From Candidatus Micrarchaeota archaeon (lineage in GTDB: Archaea > Micrarchaeota > Micrarchaeia > Anstonellales > JAGGVH01), in contig JAHKLX010000022.1 of assembly GCA_020854835.1 (NCBI GenBank), forward strand, positions 55,242 through 119,241: 64,000 bases of DNA, read 5' to 3'. The notes under the pieces were generated by a model. It was not told where the DNA came from. It did not search any database and saw only the letters and a program-made list of their open reading frames with translations. The translations under genes and the position numbers were made by a program. Shown one piece after another: positions 30,199 to 40,400 of the stretch. Position 1 is the stretch's first letter, and every line of letters begins with the position of its first letter.

Positions 30199-31362
30199 TC
30201 ACTTTAATACCAATTGTTGTTGGCCTTCACACACCCCTATCTTTTCTTCTTCATTTATTTTGTAAAACATTACTGGTTTTATTAGTTCAATTTTATTTCC
30301 ATCGGGCGTCATTGTTTTCAAAGATAGCGTATACAGATCGGAATTGCCGTATTTTTTAATTTCTAATACAAATGCCTTTCGCACAGTTTTTGATCCCTCT
30401 TCAGTATCTTTTTCACATTCGGGAGAGGGGACTATACCATTTCTAATTATTCTGTAAGTTTTATTTTCAGATCCTGTTATATCAACACCAATATGCTGTT
30501 TAATTTTTCTGAAAAACACACTTTCTGAAATTTGAGGATATGTTTCACAATATGCAGCAATTGTCAGCAGATATCTTATTTGCTCGTGAAGAGGAGGCAA
30601 TTCCCAAGATATATCTCCGTTGTATTCTCTAACGTTCCCTTGAATTTTTAGTTTTATAGAGGGCTCTTCTGAAAATTCTATAGATGCAATCATTTCTTGA
30701 AATATCATTCCAGCCATGTCTTCCTCAGTTTCTTTTTTTATTAATCTTTTTTTAATTTCATCCAATTCTTCTCGCATCTGTTCTAATCTCTTCTCTTTTT
30801 CTGAAGAAGATGCCAAATCTGCTTGTGCAATACCAAGTTGTTCATAATATCTTTTTAGCCCTATAGTTTCTATATTTCTTTCAGTTATAAGTTCTGAAAC
30901 TTTTAAAATATTAGTTTTACTAAAGGCGTCTTCCCATTCCCTATTGATAAGTGATAAATGTCTGAAAATATCTTTTGCAATTAACACAGTCGCATCATAT
31001 TCATGTTTTCCAATATGTGTGGCCGATGGTCCTGCGTTTTCAATTTTTTCCATCATAGACACAAGTTCGTTTTTTTGTCGCGACAACATTTTTTTCAATT
31101 CCAATCTATCAATATCTTTTGATTCCCAAATTACAATTCTTTCATATTCTGCAATTTGAGATCTCTTTTTTCTTATTTCTTTTTTGCATTCATCGATTAT
31201 TGTTTGCAATTTAAATTTTTCATTTCCAAATTTTGGAGAACTAATTTCTTCAGAAAGAAGAGCAATATCTGTTTTCAATTTCCCAAAGTTTTGTGCCGTA
31301 TGTTTATTTTCGATAATACGTTTTACAATTTCTTTTACATTTACAGATTTTCTATGTGTCAT
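30199..31362 (-). CDS. Hypothetical coiled-coil protein
   Basis: Long ORF with a GGGGAGTGA SD. The K/E-rich heptad-like N-terminal two thirds suggest a coiled coil. No family recognised. Confidence 0.55.
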   Translation of the reverse strand: MTHRKSVNVKEIVKRIIENKHTAQNFGKLKTDIALLSEEISSPKFGNEKFKLQTIIDECKKEIRKKRSQIAEYERIVIWESKDIDRLELKKMLSRQKNELVSMMEKIENAGPSATHIGKHEYDATVLIAKDIFRHLSLINREWEDAFSKTNILKVSELITERNIETIGLKRYYEQLGIAQADLASSSEKEKRLEQMREELDEIKKRLIKKETEEDMAGMIFQEMIASIEFSEEPSIKLKIQGNVREYNGDISWELPPLHEQIRYLLTIAAYCETYPQISESVFFRKIKQHIGVDITGSENKTYRIIRNGIVPSPECEKDTEEGSKTVRKAFVLEIKKYGNSDLYTLSLKTMTPDGNKIELIKPVMFYKINEEEKIGVCEGQQQLVLK

Positions 31363-31483
31363 TTAATCACTCCCCTTTTGTTAACTAATTTGTTTAATAT
31401 GGTATATTATGGTGTTTAAGTATATAAACGTTTGGATATTTTTTTCAAGAAAATTTTTAAATGCTCCATACATACATACTGCA

Positions 31484-32596
31484 ATGACAATTGAAAAACA
31501 GATTAAAGAAGGAAGCGTTGTTTTTGATCTCGGCAATTCTTTTTACAATCCTGCAATGGAGTTAAACAGAACTGTTTCTTCTTTATGTGTTGGTGCGATA
31601 GATGAAACTTTGAAAATTTGTGACGGTATGTCAGCCTCAGGGATTCGAGGACTAAGGTATAAAAAAGAAAATAAAAATGTAGAACTGGTGAATTTAGTTG
31701 ATACAAACAAAAGGGTTTGTCCTTTGATTAAAAAAAATATAAAACTCAATAAAATAAAAAACTGTAAAGTATTTTGTGAAAATATTTTAGAACATCTATC
31801 TGCCCATCATGAGTATAATTTTATTGAACTGGATCCGTTTGGAACACCAGGTCCCTTTTTGCATAGTGCAATGAGTTCCTTTGCTGCAAACTCTTCAACA
31901 AAAAATGCAATTTTATCGGCAACAGCAACTGACACGGCAGTTCTTCATGGTGCGCATTGGAGGGCAACACCCAAACAATATCACGCAAAGCCAATCCACG
32001 AAATGTTTTTGTATGAATTTGGCACAAGAATTTTATTGGCCCATATTGCCCGTGTCGCGCACGAATATGAATATAAAATAGAACCAATAATGAGTTTTTC
32101 ACACAGACATTATGTCAAATGTATTATGCGCGTTGTTCGTGGTGCAATTCCTGCAACAGAACAGGAAAATCAAGATATTGGATATTTAATTTTTAATCCA
32201 AAAACTTTTGAATTCAAATCTGTTTGCTTAAAGGATTTTTACAACAATGGTTTGAAAAAGAAAAAAGATGAAATTATTGGGGGTCCGATATACCTGGGCA
32301 AAATTCAAGACGGAAAAATATTGAAAAAAATGCTCCAATCTTCATCTTTTCTTTATCCTAATTCTCAAGCAACCAAAATGATTGGTTTAATGGCTGAAGA
32401 AAAAGAATTACTATATTATGATTTGCATTATATGGGGGGGATTTTGAAAAGCTCTGCCCCAAAAACAATGGATGTTATCGAAAAACTAAAACAAAAAGGA
32501 TTTAATGCAACTTTAACACATTTTGTTTCAACTGGGGTTAAAACCAATGCCTCAGCAAAAGAAGTTAAAAAGGTTTTCAATCGTTTAAGTAGGTGA
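31484..32596 (+). CDS. trm1: tRNA (guanine26-N2)-dimethyltransferase Trm1
   Basis: FYNPAMELNR, DGMSASGIRGLRY and ELDPFGTPGPFL motifs. ATG 31484 has a TATA-like box about 27 nt upstream; the track start at 31409 adds an implausible hydrophobic leader. Confidence 0.9.
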   Translation: MTIEKQIKEGSVVFDLGNSFYNPAMELNRTVSSLCVGAIDETLKICDGMSASGIRGLRYKKENKNVELVNLVDTNKRVCPLIKKNIKLNKIKNCKVFCENILEHLSAHHEYNFIELDPFGTPGPFLHSAMSSFAANSSTKNAILSATATDTAVLHGAHWRATPKQYHAKPIHEMFLYEFGTRILLAHIARVAHEYEYKIEPIMSFSHRHYVKCIMRVVRGAIPATEQENQDIGYLIFNPKTFEFKSVCLKDFYNNGLKKKKDEIIGGPIYLGKIQDGKILKKMLQSSSFLYPNSQATKMIGLMAEEKELLYYDLHYMGGILKSSAPKTMDVIEKLKQKGFNATLTHFVSTGVKTNASAKEVKKVFNRLSR

Positions 32597-32600
32597 TTAA

Positions 32601-33284
32601 ATGGAAAAAATTATTTTATCGTTGGGTGGGAGTGTTGTTAACCCTGGAGAACTAAATATCGGATTAATCAAAAAACTTTCAAAGATTTTAATCAAATCAA
32701 AACAAAAATACGGTATTGTTGTTGGTGGGGGGTGGCTTGCTAGAAAAATGGTTTTAGAAGGAAAAAAGCTTTCTACAAATCAAGATTATTTAGATGACTT
32801 GGGCATAAATTCAACTAGGGTTAATGCGCAGGCAGTTTTAGGTTATTTTATTGAAAAAAAACAAAAAGTTTATCCAAAAATTTGTTTAACTGTTGAAGAA
32901 GCAGAGAAGAAATTGAAAAAATACAATTTTGTTTTTATGGGTGGCACTGCACCCGGGCATACGACCGATTATGTTGCTGTTAAACTTGCAGAAAAATGCA
33001 AAGCCAAAAAAGTTGTAAATATCAGTAATGTTGATGGAATTTATACTGCTGATCCAAAATATGATAAAACTGCAACAAAAATTCCAGAAATGAGTTTAAA
33101 TGATTTGTACAAGATGATGATAAAAGAAAAGTTCAAACCCGGGCAGAATTTAATTTTTGATCAGAAAGCAACTGTTTTAGCAAAAAGAAATAAAACAGAA
33201 CTGCATTTTATAGGTTCTATAAATATGGGCGATATAATTAAAATAATAAAAGGAAAAAAACATGGGGGCACCACAGTAAAATAA
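32601..33284 (+). CDS. pyrH: UMP kinase, archaeal type
   Basis: ILSLGGSVV, VVGGGWLAR, GGTAPGHTTDYVA and NVDGIYTADP. AGGTGA SD upstream. Confidence 0.9.
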   Translation: MEKIILSLGGSVVNPGELNIGLIKKLSKILIKSKQKYGIVVGGGWLARKMVLEGKKLSTNQDYLDDLGINSTRVNAQAVLGYFIEKKQKVYPKICLTVEEAEKKLKKYNFVFMGGTAPGHTTDYVAVKLAEKCKAKKVVNISNVDGIYTADPKYDKTATKIPEMSLNDLYKMMIKEKFKPGQNLIFDQKATVLAKRNKTELHFIGSINMGDIIKIIKGKKHGGTTVK

Positions 33285-33311
33285 ATTCAGACTAACCTTT
33301 CACTGTAAAAT

Positions 33312-35018
33312 TTACTTATCTAATTCATCAAAATCTTCTTTTCTTTTTTTCAAGTGTGCAATATGTTTTTCTTTTTCTTTTTTAAATTTTACTTTCTTAA
33401 ATTTATATTTTTCAATCATGGATGCTACTTTTGTTCCGCCAAGAAAATGTGGCATTATAACATATGTAACTCCTTCATCATAGAGTTCAAAGACATCTTC
33501 AATTTGTGTTGAAACAGGTAGGAAGATTGGCTTTTTCTTTTGACTTTTTATTTTTTTGGATATCAATAAATTAGTTTCAACGTCAGGTATTGTGGATATA
33601 ATCATTTTTGCGTTTCCAATTTCCAGTTCATCCAAAAGTTCAGAATCATTTGCATCCCCATATCTGCACTCAATCCCTTTATTAGAGAGTTTGATAATTG
33701 TTTCCGGATCATAATCAACGACAAGTATATTTTTATCAATTTTTTTCAATGTTTTGAATACATCAAATCCAATTCTATTGTATCCGAACAGAATTATTCC
33801 ATATTTCCCATCTGTTTGATATTTATACTCATCAATTTTTTTCCCCTTTCGTTCAAAAAATGAAAGAAAACCCGATATGTAGGGATAAATTTTTCCAGAA
33901 TAAAGAATCATATATGTTGAGCCAGTTATGGTTATTATTCCAACTATTGTTATAATGGACAAAATCTCATTTGTTAAATGCCCCAATCGTATTCCTAAAG
34001 TAATCAAAATCAAGGAAAATTCGCTTATCTGTGCAACAGTTAGACCTGCCATGAATCCATTTCTTTTTGTGTATCCCATTAATCCCATCAATATTATTAC
34101 AATTAATGGATTTCCAATAAGTATAAGTGCTGATAAAACTAGTATTAATGGTATTTGCTGAAGAATGTTTCCAAACACCATTTGTGATCCTAACATTATA
34201 AAAAACAGCACAATGAAAAAATCTCTGATTGGTTTTACCCTCGAGCTTATTTCGTGATTGTAAGGCGAAAAAGAAAGCATAACTCCTGCAACCAATGCTC
34301 CTGCTTCAATTGAAAAGTCCAAAATATAAAATACGCTTGAGATTACAAGGCACCAACCTATAACAAACAAAAGCAGATATTCTTGTGATTGTGCAATGTG
34401 TTTTGTGACAGGAGGTATGACAAACCACCCTACAAGTCCCAATGCAACAATTACCACCAACCCTTTTACAGCGGTAATCAAAACCATCTCCAGCATGCCG
34501 ATTCCATTTGAAGATGGGGCCAGCATCATCAAAATAAATATTGCTATCAAATCCTGCACGATCAAAAAACCTATCGCAATTTTTCCGTACAATGTTTCAA
34601 GGTCTTTTTTATCTGATAAAAGTTTCATGATAATAATTGTACTGCTGAATGTGAGGGCAATTGCAATATATATTGATTCAATAATAGAAAAACCCAGAGC
34701 CTGACAAATCAAAAAACCTAAAATTGTTGTAAACACAACCTGGCCCACACCAGTTATCAACGAAACTTTTCCAATTTCCCTTATTATTTTTGGATTTAAG
34801 TGCAGACCAACCAAAAACAAAAGAAAAGATATGCCCATCTGTGCAAATATTGATATCGTTTCAATAGATTGAGTTAGGCTGAAAAACAAAGGACCTGCCA
34901 ATATTCCTGATAAAATGTATCCAATAATGAGGGGTTGTTTCAAAAGTTTCATTATTCCACATATTGTAATCGTCAGAGCAAATATCATTGTCAACTCAAA
35001 AAAAACATTTGAAATCAT
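33312..35018 (-). CDS. Monovalent cation:proton antiporter (CPA2/Kef-type) fused to a TrkA-N/RCK domain
   Basis: About 12 TM helices of Na+/H+ exchanger type, followed by a Rossmann segment ILFGYNRIGFDVFKTL...VVDYDPE. Confidence 0.85.
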   Translation of the reverse strand: MISNVFFELTMIFALTITICGIMKLLKQPLIIGYILSGILAGPLFFSLTQSIETISIFAQMGISFLLFLVGLHLNPKIIREIGKVSLITGVGQVVFTTILGFLICQALGFSIIESIYIAIALTFSSTIIIMKLLSDKKDLETLYGKIAIGFLIVQDLIAIFILMMLAPSSNGIGMLEMVLITAVKGLVVIVALGLVGWFVIPPVTKHIAQSQEYLLLFVIGWCLVISSVFYILDFSIEAGALVAGVMLSFSPYNHEISSRVKPIRDFFIVLFFIMLGSQMVFGNILQQIPLILVLSALILIGNPLIVIILMGLMGYTKRNGFMAGLTVAQISEFSLILITLGIRLGHLTNEILSIITIVGIITITGSTYMILYSGKIYPYISGFLSFFERKGKKIDEYKYQTDGKYGIILFGYNRIGFDVFKTLKKIDKNILVVDYDPETIIKLSNKGIECRYGDANDSELLDELEIGNAKMIISTIPDVETNLLISKKIKSQKKKPIFLPVSTQIEDVFELYDEGVTYVIMPHFLGGTKVASMIEKYKFKKVKFKKEKEKHIAHLKKRKEDFDELDK

Positions 35019-35279
35019 AGTAATCCCTTCATCAGTTTAAAAATGATATAACTATTTTAAATGTTTTGGTTCGTTTTAATTTCAAAAGGAGTACTAAAAA
35101 ACTTGATTATCAGATTTTCTTACAAATTCTTTATCTTTAATAGTTTGTATTTGAAAATATTTAAAGATTTAAATTAACTTTTTTATTACTTTTTTAACTA
35201 TAAAAGCTTGCTTTTATGACAGAAAAAACTATTTAAAAATTAAGATAACTTAGCCATTTCTTAAAGCAAATATTTATAA

Positions 35280-36095
35280 ATGCCTTTATTTAATACAACT
35301 ATCATGCAAGTTTTTCCTGGTACTAATGTTGGAACTTCAGAGGAATTTATGAGCGGTGACAATACTTACTCTGAAGATGGTCAGATTTATTCAGAATCTA
35401 CTGGAGAGTTAGATGTATCTAACAAGGAGGTTAGAGTAAATCCTAAAAAACGTGTTTTGAATTTTAAACCAGGGACCTTAGTTTATGGCAGAATTGAAAA
35501 CATAATGGATCCTATTGCTATTGTATCTATAATACCTGCTGAAGATGAGGAAGATATAAGATATGCAAATCCTGATATTTGGGCAGCTTTGCACGTATCC
35601 AAATTGGGATTCGGATATGTTAATGAATTACGCGATGTCATTATGGTGGGGGACATTATAAGGGCAGAAATAACAAGGTATGAACCTAGAAAGGGTACTG
35701 TTGACATAACAATGGATGGAAAAGGGTTGGGAGTTATAATTCCAAGATTTGGTAGAAAAATCCAACCTCCTAAATCTTCAAGACCTCGCAGAGATTTTGG
35801 GGATAGAGGAGGATACAGGGATTCGAGACCTCCTCGAAATTCTGGACCTAGAAGCTCTAGGGATTCTGGACCAAATAAAAGATCTTTTGGACAAAAAAGA
35901 AACTATGAGAATAACGATTCAAAAAGTTCTACTTCAAGACCAAGTTCTACTTCAAGACCTTCCCAGGATTCTTCATCTAATGTTCAAAAATACCAAAAAT
36001 CCTATCAAACAAACCGTAAGAAAAAAGTTTATGGCAACAAAGAAACTACTCGAGAAAAATCTGTTAAAAACATTAAAAGAATGATAAAAGAATAA
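35280..36095 (+). CDS. csl4: Exosome RNA-binding subunit Csl4-like with a degenerate zinc ribbon and an R/G/S-rich tail
   Basis: N-terminal PGTNVGTSEEF...GELDVSNKEVRV and an S1 domain (GTLVYGRIENI...AALHVS). Sits immediately upstream of rpoL, as in many archaea. No cysteines where the Zn ribbon normally lies. Confidence 0.6.
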   Translation: MPLFNTTIMQVFPGTNVGTSEEFMSGDNTYSEDGQIYSESTGELDVSNKEVRVNPKKRVLNFKPGTLVYGRIENIMDPIAIVSIIPAEDEEDIRYANPDIWAALHVSKLGFGYVNELRDVIMVGDIIRAEITRYEPRKGTVDITMDGKGLGVIIPRFGRKIQPPKSSRPRRDFGDRGGYRDSRPPRNSGPRSSRDSGPNKRSFGQKRNYENNDSKSSTSRPSSTSRPSQDSSSNVQKYQKSYQTNRKKKVYGNKETTREKSVKNIKRMIKE

Positions 36096-36104
36096 GGTGA
36101 TTTT

Positions 36105-36368
36105 ATGAATTTTGAAATTATCAAAAAAGAAGAGGATTATCTTGAAATCAAATTTATAGGTGAAGATTCTTCAATATTTTATGCATTAAGGGATGTATTG
36201 GCAGCAGACAAGGATGTTGAATTCATTTCTGTTTTACAAGAGCATCCAGAAATTGAAAATGTAATTGTTATATTGAGAACCAAAAAAAGCAAACCAATTG
36301 ATAAATTAAAAGAAGGTTTAAAATCCATTCACAAAACAATTGAAGATCTAGAAAAATCTTTGTTTTAG
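36105..36368 (+). CDS. rpoL: DNA-directed RNA polymerase subunit L (Rpb11 homologue)
   Basis: An 87-aa protein with LEIKFIGEDSSIFYALRDVL...HPEIENVIVILRTK, matching the RpoL pattern. AGGTGA SD upstream. Confidence 0.8.
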   Translation: MNFEIIKKEEDYLEIKFIGEDSSIFYALRDVLAADKDVEFISVLQEHPEIENVIVILRTKKSKPIDKLKEGLKSIHKTIEDLEKSLF

Positions 36369-36376
36369 GTGTATTC

Positions 36377-37378
36377 ATGGACGACCGCACTAAAAAAAAG
36401 TTAGAATCTTTTTTTTATTTTATTGATAAATTCCATATCTTAACTATATTATTTGTTCTTGTTTTAGTGCTTTTTGTGCTTGTTCGTCAAAATGTATTGG
36501 GTTTAATGTTGGGATTAATATTCATTGTGATGGTTGCAGAAGATGTTATCAAAGGACTTTTAAAAGATGGAGTTAAATCTGAGATAAAAGAACTGCTCAT
36601 CGGAATTTTAATTGCAATTGCAGTTTTATATGGAATTTCTTTTTTATTAAATACTTCAACACCCATAAGTGCAGTTGTAACTTGTTCTATGGTGCCCCAA
36701 TTAGATCGGGGCGATATGGTTTTGATAAGAGGTACAGATGTTAAAACCTATGGAACTTTGTATATGCCTGATGTTTCAGTTTATGATATTACACCCGATG
36801 CTCGCGTTGCAATAGGAAACATGAGTATGAATTTAGAAGGTTCAATTGATATTTATTGTTCTAAGTTTGAGGATCCGGACACAGATCCTTTTTGTTATGA
36901 ATATAGAAGAAATCCTGAATATATAACAGAATATCATGGCCCTCTGGCATTCCAGTATGGCATATGTGAAAGAAAATCTAGAAGGTCAGATGAAACATTT
37001 GAAATTCCCTGTGTAGTTTCTGTTAAAGATGTATATTCTGGACAAGAAATTAGTTTATATCCTCACTCAAAAGAAGGTGACATAGTAGTTTATCAACCCA
37101 ATGAAGGCGATCTATTTTCAAACGTGGGCGACATAGTTCATAGGGCAGTTGTAACTGTAAAAACTAAGGAAGGAACATATTATTTAACAAAGGGAGATAA
37201 TAATCACATAACTGATCTGCAAATTTATATGCCAGGTTATGGAGGAAATCATTTGATACCTGAAAAAAACGTTAAAGGAAATGTTATTTTTGGTGTGCCT
37301 ATTGTGGGTTATATCAAACTTTTCATGTCTGCGCAATTCCATATGCCAGAACAATGTGATTATATATTTAATGAATAA
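36377..37378 (+). CDS. Signal peptidase I, archaeal/Sec11 type, with a large internal insertion
   Basis: N-terminal TMs, catalytic box CSMVPQLDRGDMVLIRG, later GDIVVY, GDIVHRAVV and TKGDNN boxes. A cysteine-containing segment of about 110 aa lies between the first and second boxes. Confidence 0.75.
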   Translation: MDDRTKKKLESFFYFIDKFHILTILFVLVLVLFVLVRQNVLGLMLGLIFIVMVAEDVIKGLLKDGVKSEIKELLIGILIAIAVLYGISFLLNTSTPISAVVTCSMVPQLDRGDMVLIRGTDVKTYGTLYMPDVSVYDITPDARVAIGNMSMNLEGSIDIYCSKFEDPDTDPFCYEYRRNPEYITEYHGPLAFQYGICERKSRRSDETFEIPCVVSVKDVYSGQEISLYPHSKEGDIVVYQPNEGDLFSNVGDIVHRAVVTVKTKEGTYYLTKGDNNHITDLQIYMPGYGGNHLIPEKNVKGNVIFGVPIVGYIKLFMSAQFHMPEQCDYIFNE

Positions 37379-37453
37379 ATGTCTAAAATATTACAATAAT
37401 TAAAATTTTATTGCTGCAACCTTTAAATATAATGTTTTCAATAATGTTAAAGC

Positions 37454-40400
37454 ATGCACTCGATTAAACCCAAAAAAATTAAACCTAAAAACAGACAGCT
37501 TAGTACGTTAGGCTTGGCAGGAGCTGTTTTCTTTTCAGCTTTTCAATCAACAATTGCTCAGGTACATGACCCGGGGGGGGAATATGTGCAAAACGAATCT
37601 ACTCAACAAAAAGAATATAAACTTTCACAGGCACATTTTACTACAGAAGGTGAGGAAATGGTTAGGTATGAAAATAAAAGCGAGCAATCTGTAAGTAATG
37701 AAATGCCAAAAGCTATAGAAGATTTATTTAAAAAACAAAAGTTAATGTCAGGTAAATTAGATGAATTCAAATCACACTTTTCAAGAGTTGCAGGTGAAGA
37801 TTATAACAAAGCCTTATTTGCAGCAAAATATGTTCTTTTAACAGGAGATACCAACACATGGAATGAAATAACATCTGAAACAACAATAAGGGATATTCAA
37901 ATTAAAATTAAAGAAGTATATCTTACTAATAATCTGCAACATATGTTTATTGAAAATGGTTTTAAAGATATTCTCCCTTCTATTGAATCTTTAAATTCTG
38001 TTCCTGTGAGTATTATAAATGCTGAAAAATATAATGAGGGTTTGGAATTTGGAATAAAATTTGCACACATAATGCAATACTTTATGATAAGTGGTTCTTA
38101 TGACGAATTAAATTATATTATTTCAAATCTAGAACAATGCGCCATGTATTTAAATGATTCAAATTATTCAAAAGGATTTTATGATGCATCTAAAGGCGTA
38201 AATAAAAAATACACAAGAGCTGCCATAGATAGAATAATAAATTTTGCTAAAAACACTAGAGAATTTATTTTTGATTTGGATGCATATTCTAGTTTGATGA
38301 ACAACCCCAATTATGTTTTTTCAGCGGATGAAAAAGAAGTTTTTTTGGGTAGGATGCGAAACTATGAAACATCATATGGTTCAGCTGCGTTTTTGTTTAT
38401 TTTAGAAAGACACTATGGTCTTAAAAATGGTGAAACGACAGGAATAGATCTTCTTGATAACATGATAACCAGAATGTATGGCTCAGTGTCTGATCCTCGT
38501 AAAACTTTAGACAATTATTTTAGTTCAGGATCAAAAACTAACTTAGATTTTACAAACACATACGATTCAGCAGTTACAAAAGCAAGATCAAGTGTTTCAA
38601 ATTTTATAGATAAAAAAATGAAAAGAACATTGGATTATCAAAGTACTTTTTCAAGTGTTGATATTTTTGCACAATATTATCTATTTTGCCAAAAAGATAA
38701 AGATGGAAACACACTCTATGATGATATGATTGGCAGATTTGGAGAACATACGACATCTATAATGCAGGATTTATCAATTTTAAATACTTTGTCTGTAACA
38801 GGACAGCAGGCATTTTTGACAGATGTTTTTGATCCGCTGAGTAAAGTTTTTCCATATTTTATATATGAAGTCTTACAAACCATGTCAGGTTATGATTCAC
38901 AAATAAATGGATTGAGTTTTCCTTTCAAAGATGAAACAAACCGTTCATTAACAGTTAGAAATTTTTATTTAAACATCCCCAATGCAATTAATACAGCCGG
39001 TAAAAATATTATTAGAAATGTAATGGAAGACATGTACCAAGGGGGAATGATCGATGCGTATGGTCAAGAGAGAGATATTGAAACAATTAACAGTGTTTCA
39101 GATGAAATATTGAGGAGAATAATTGAACTTCCGAGTGTTTCATATGCCGACATCAATATTCCATTCTTTCCAGATATATATGAAACCACTAGATCCTCTG
39201 CAAGTCCTTTCTTATCTCTGGCACAATTATTTTCTCCATTTGGAAATGAAATGATTTCTGAAGTGAGAGAAAGAACTGATGTGATGGTAAACTATATGCC
39301 GAATTTAATTGTTCTGCTCGAAGCGATTGATTATTTAGTTCCAGTTCATCCCCCAATAATTGAAGTTACAAGAAGAGTAACTGAGGGGCAAGCTTCAGGA
39401 TCAGCGTCAGGAAATAGAGAAGAAACATTTTCAAGATATGCTGAGGGTTCGGTTGGCCAGGAATTAGCAGGACCAATGGGTACAAGAAGAAAATGGGCAC
39501 TCACAGCAAACACAAATGATGAATATACTTTTGAAGGAACAACTCGGGGGGATGATTGGTCTGGACTCATGAATTCACTATATTTGGATCAAGCATATTT
39601 GGGCGTTGCATGGGAAGGCATTGAAGGCACAAAAAGTCAGGGAACAATGACTGATCTTGATGTATGGTTAAAAGCATACAGACCTTCTTCAGATACCCAG
39701 GACAAAGTTGAATTTTATGAAGTTTGTAAATACAACAAAGAAAGCAATGTATGGGAATTGTATTCTTTTGCAAACACTGGAGATTATGGTGGAAAGTTAT
39801 ATTTCATAGGAAAAAGAGAATTTGATTTTGAAGAAACTCAAAATGGGTATGTGAGAACCTGGTTGGGAGGTATTATTGATATAAAAGATGTTCATAATTT
39901 TGAAAACAATGAAAATGGTTTTGTGTTTTCTGCTTTAATTCCTAAATCAAGTTTAGGCGCTGGAGGGGTTGTTGCTAAAGATGAGACTTGGGGTGCAGCA
40001 ACTACTATATCTGGTGAAGAGTCTGAGATTATATTTAGATTTTCACATCTTAAAAACTTTGAAGAAGCTGCTGCCACATTTATCAAAAATGAAAAAACTT
40101 TGGTTGAAATTGCGACAAGATTTGAAGGAGAATCTGGACTTGCAGGAAGGTATGTCATAAAGAGAGATTGGGGTTATTCGCAGGGTATGACAAATTTACA
40201 AATCGAAAGAATTAAAGAACGCGGTGGAGTGGGTGCAGAGGCTTATATTGAAGATATAAATCTTTATTTTATTGAAAATATAAATCTTTATTTGAATGCA
40301 GGAAGAATTTGGGGATATCAAGAGACATGGAATTCAATTGGCAAATTTTCGTGGTCAAAAGGTTTTTTACAAGGTTCCGTAACCTCTGAATCTGAATCTG

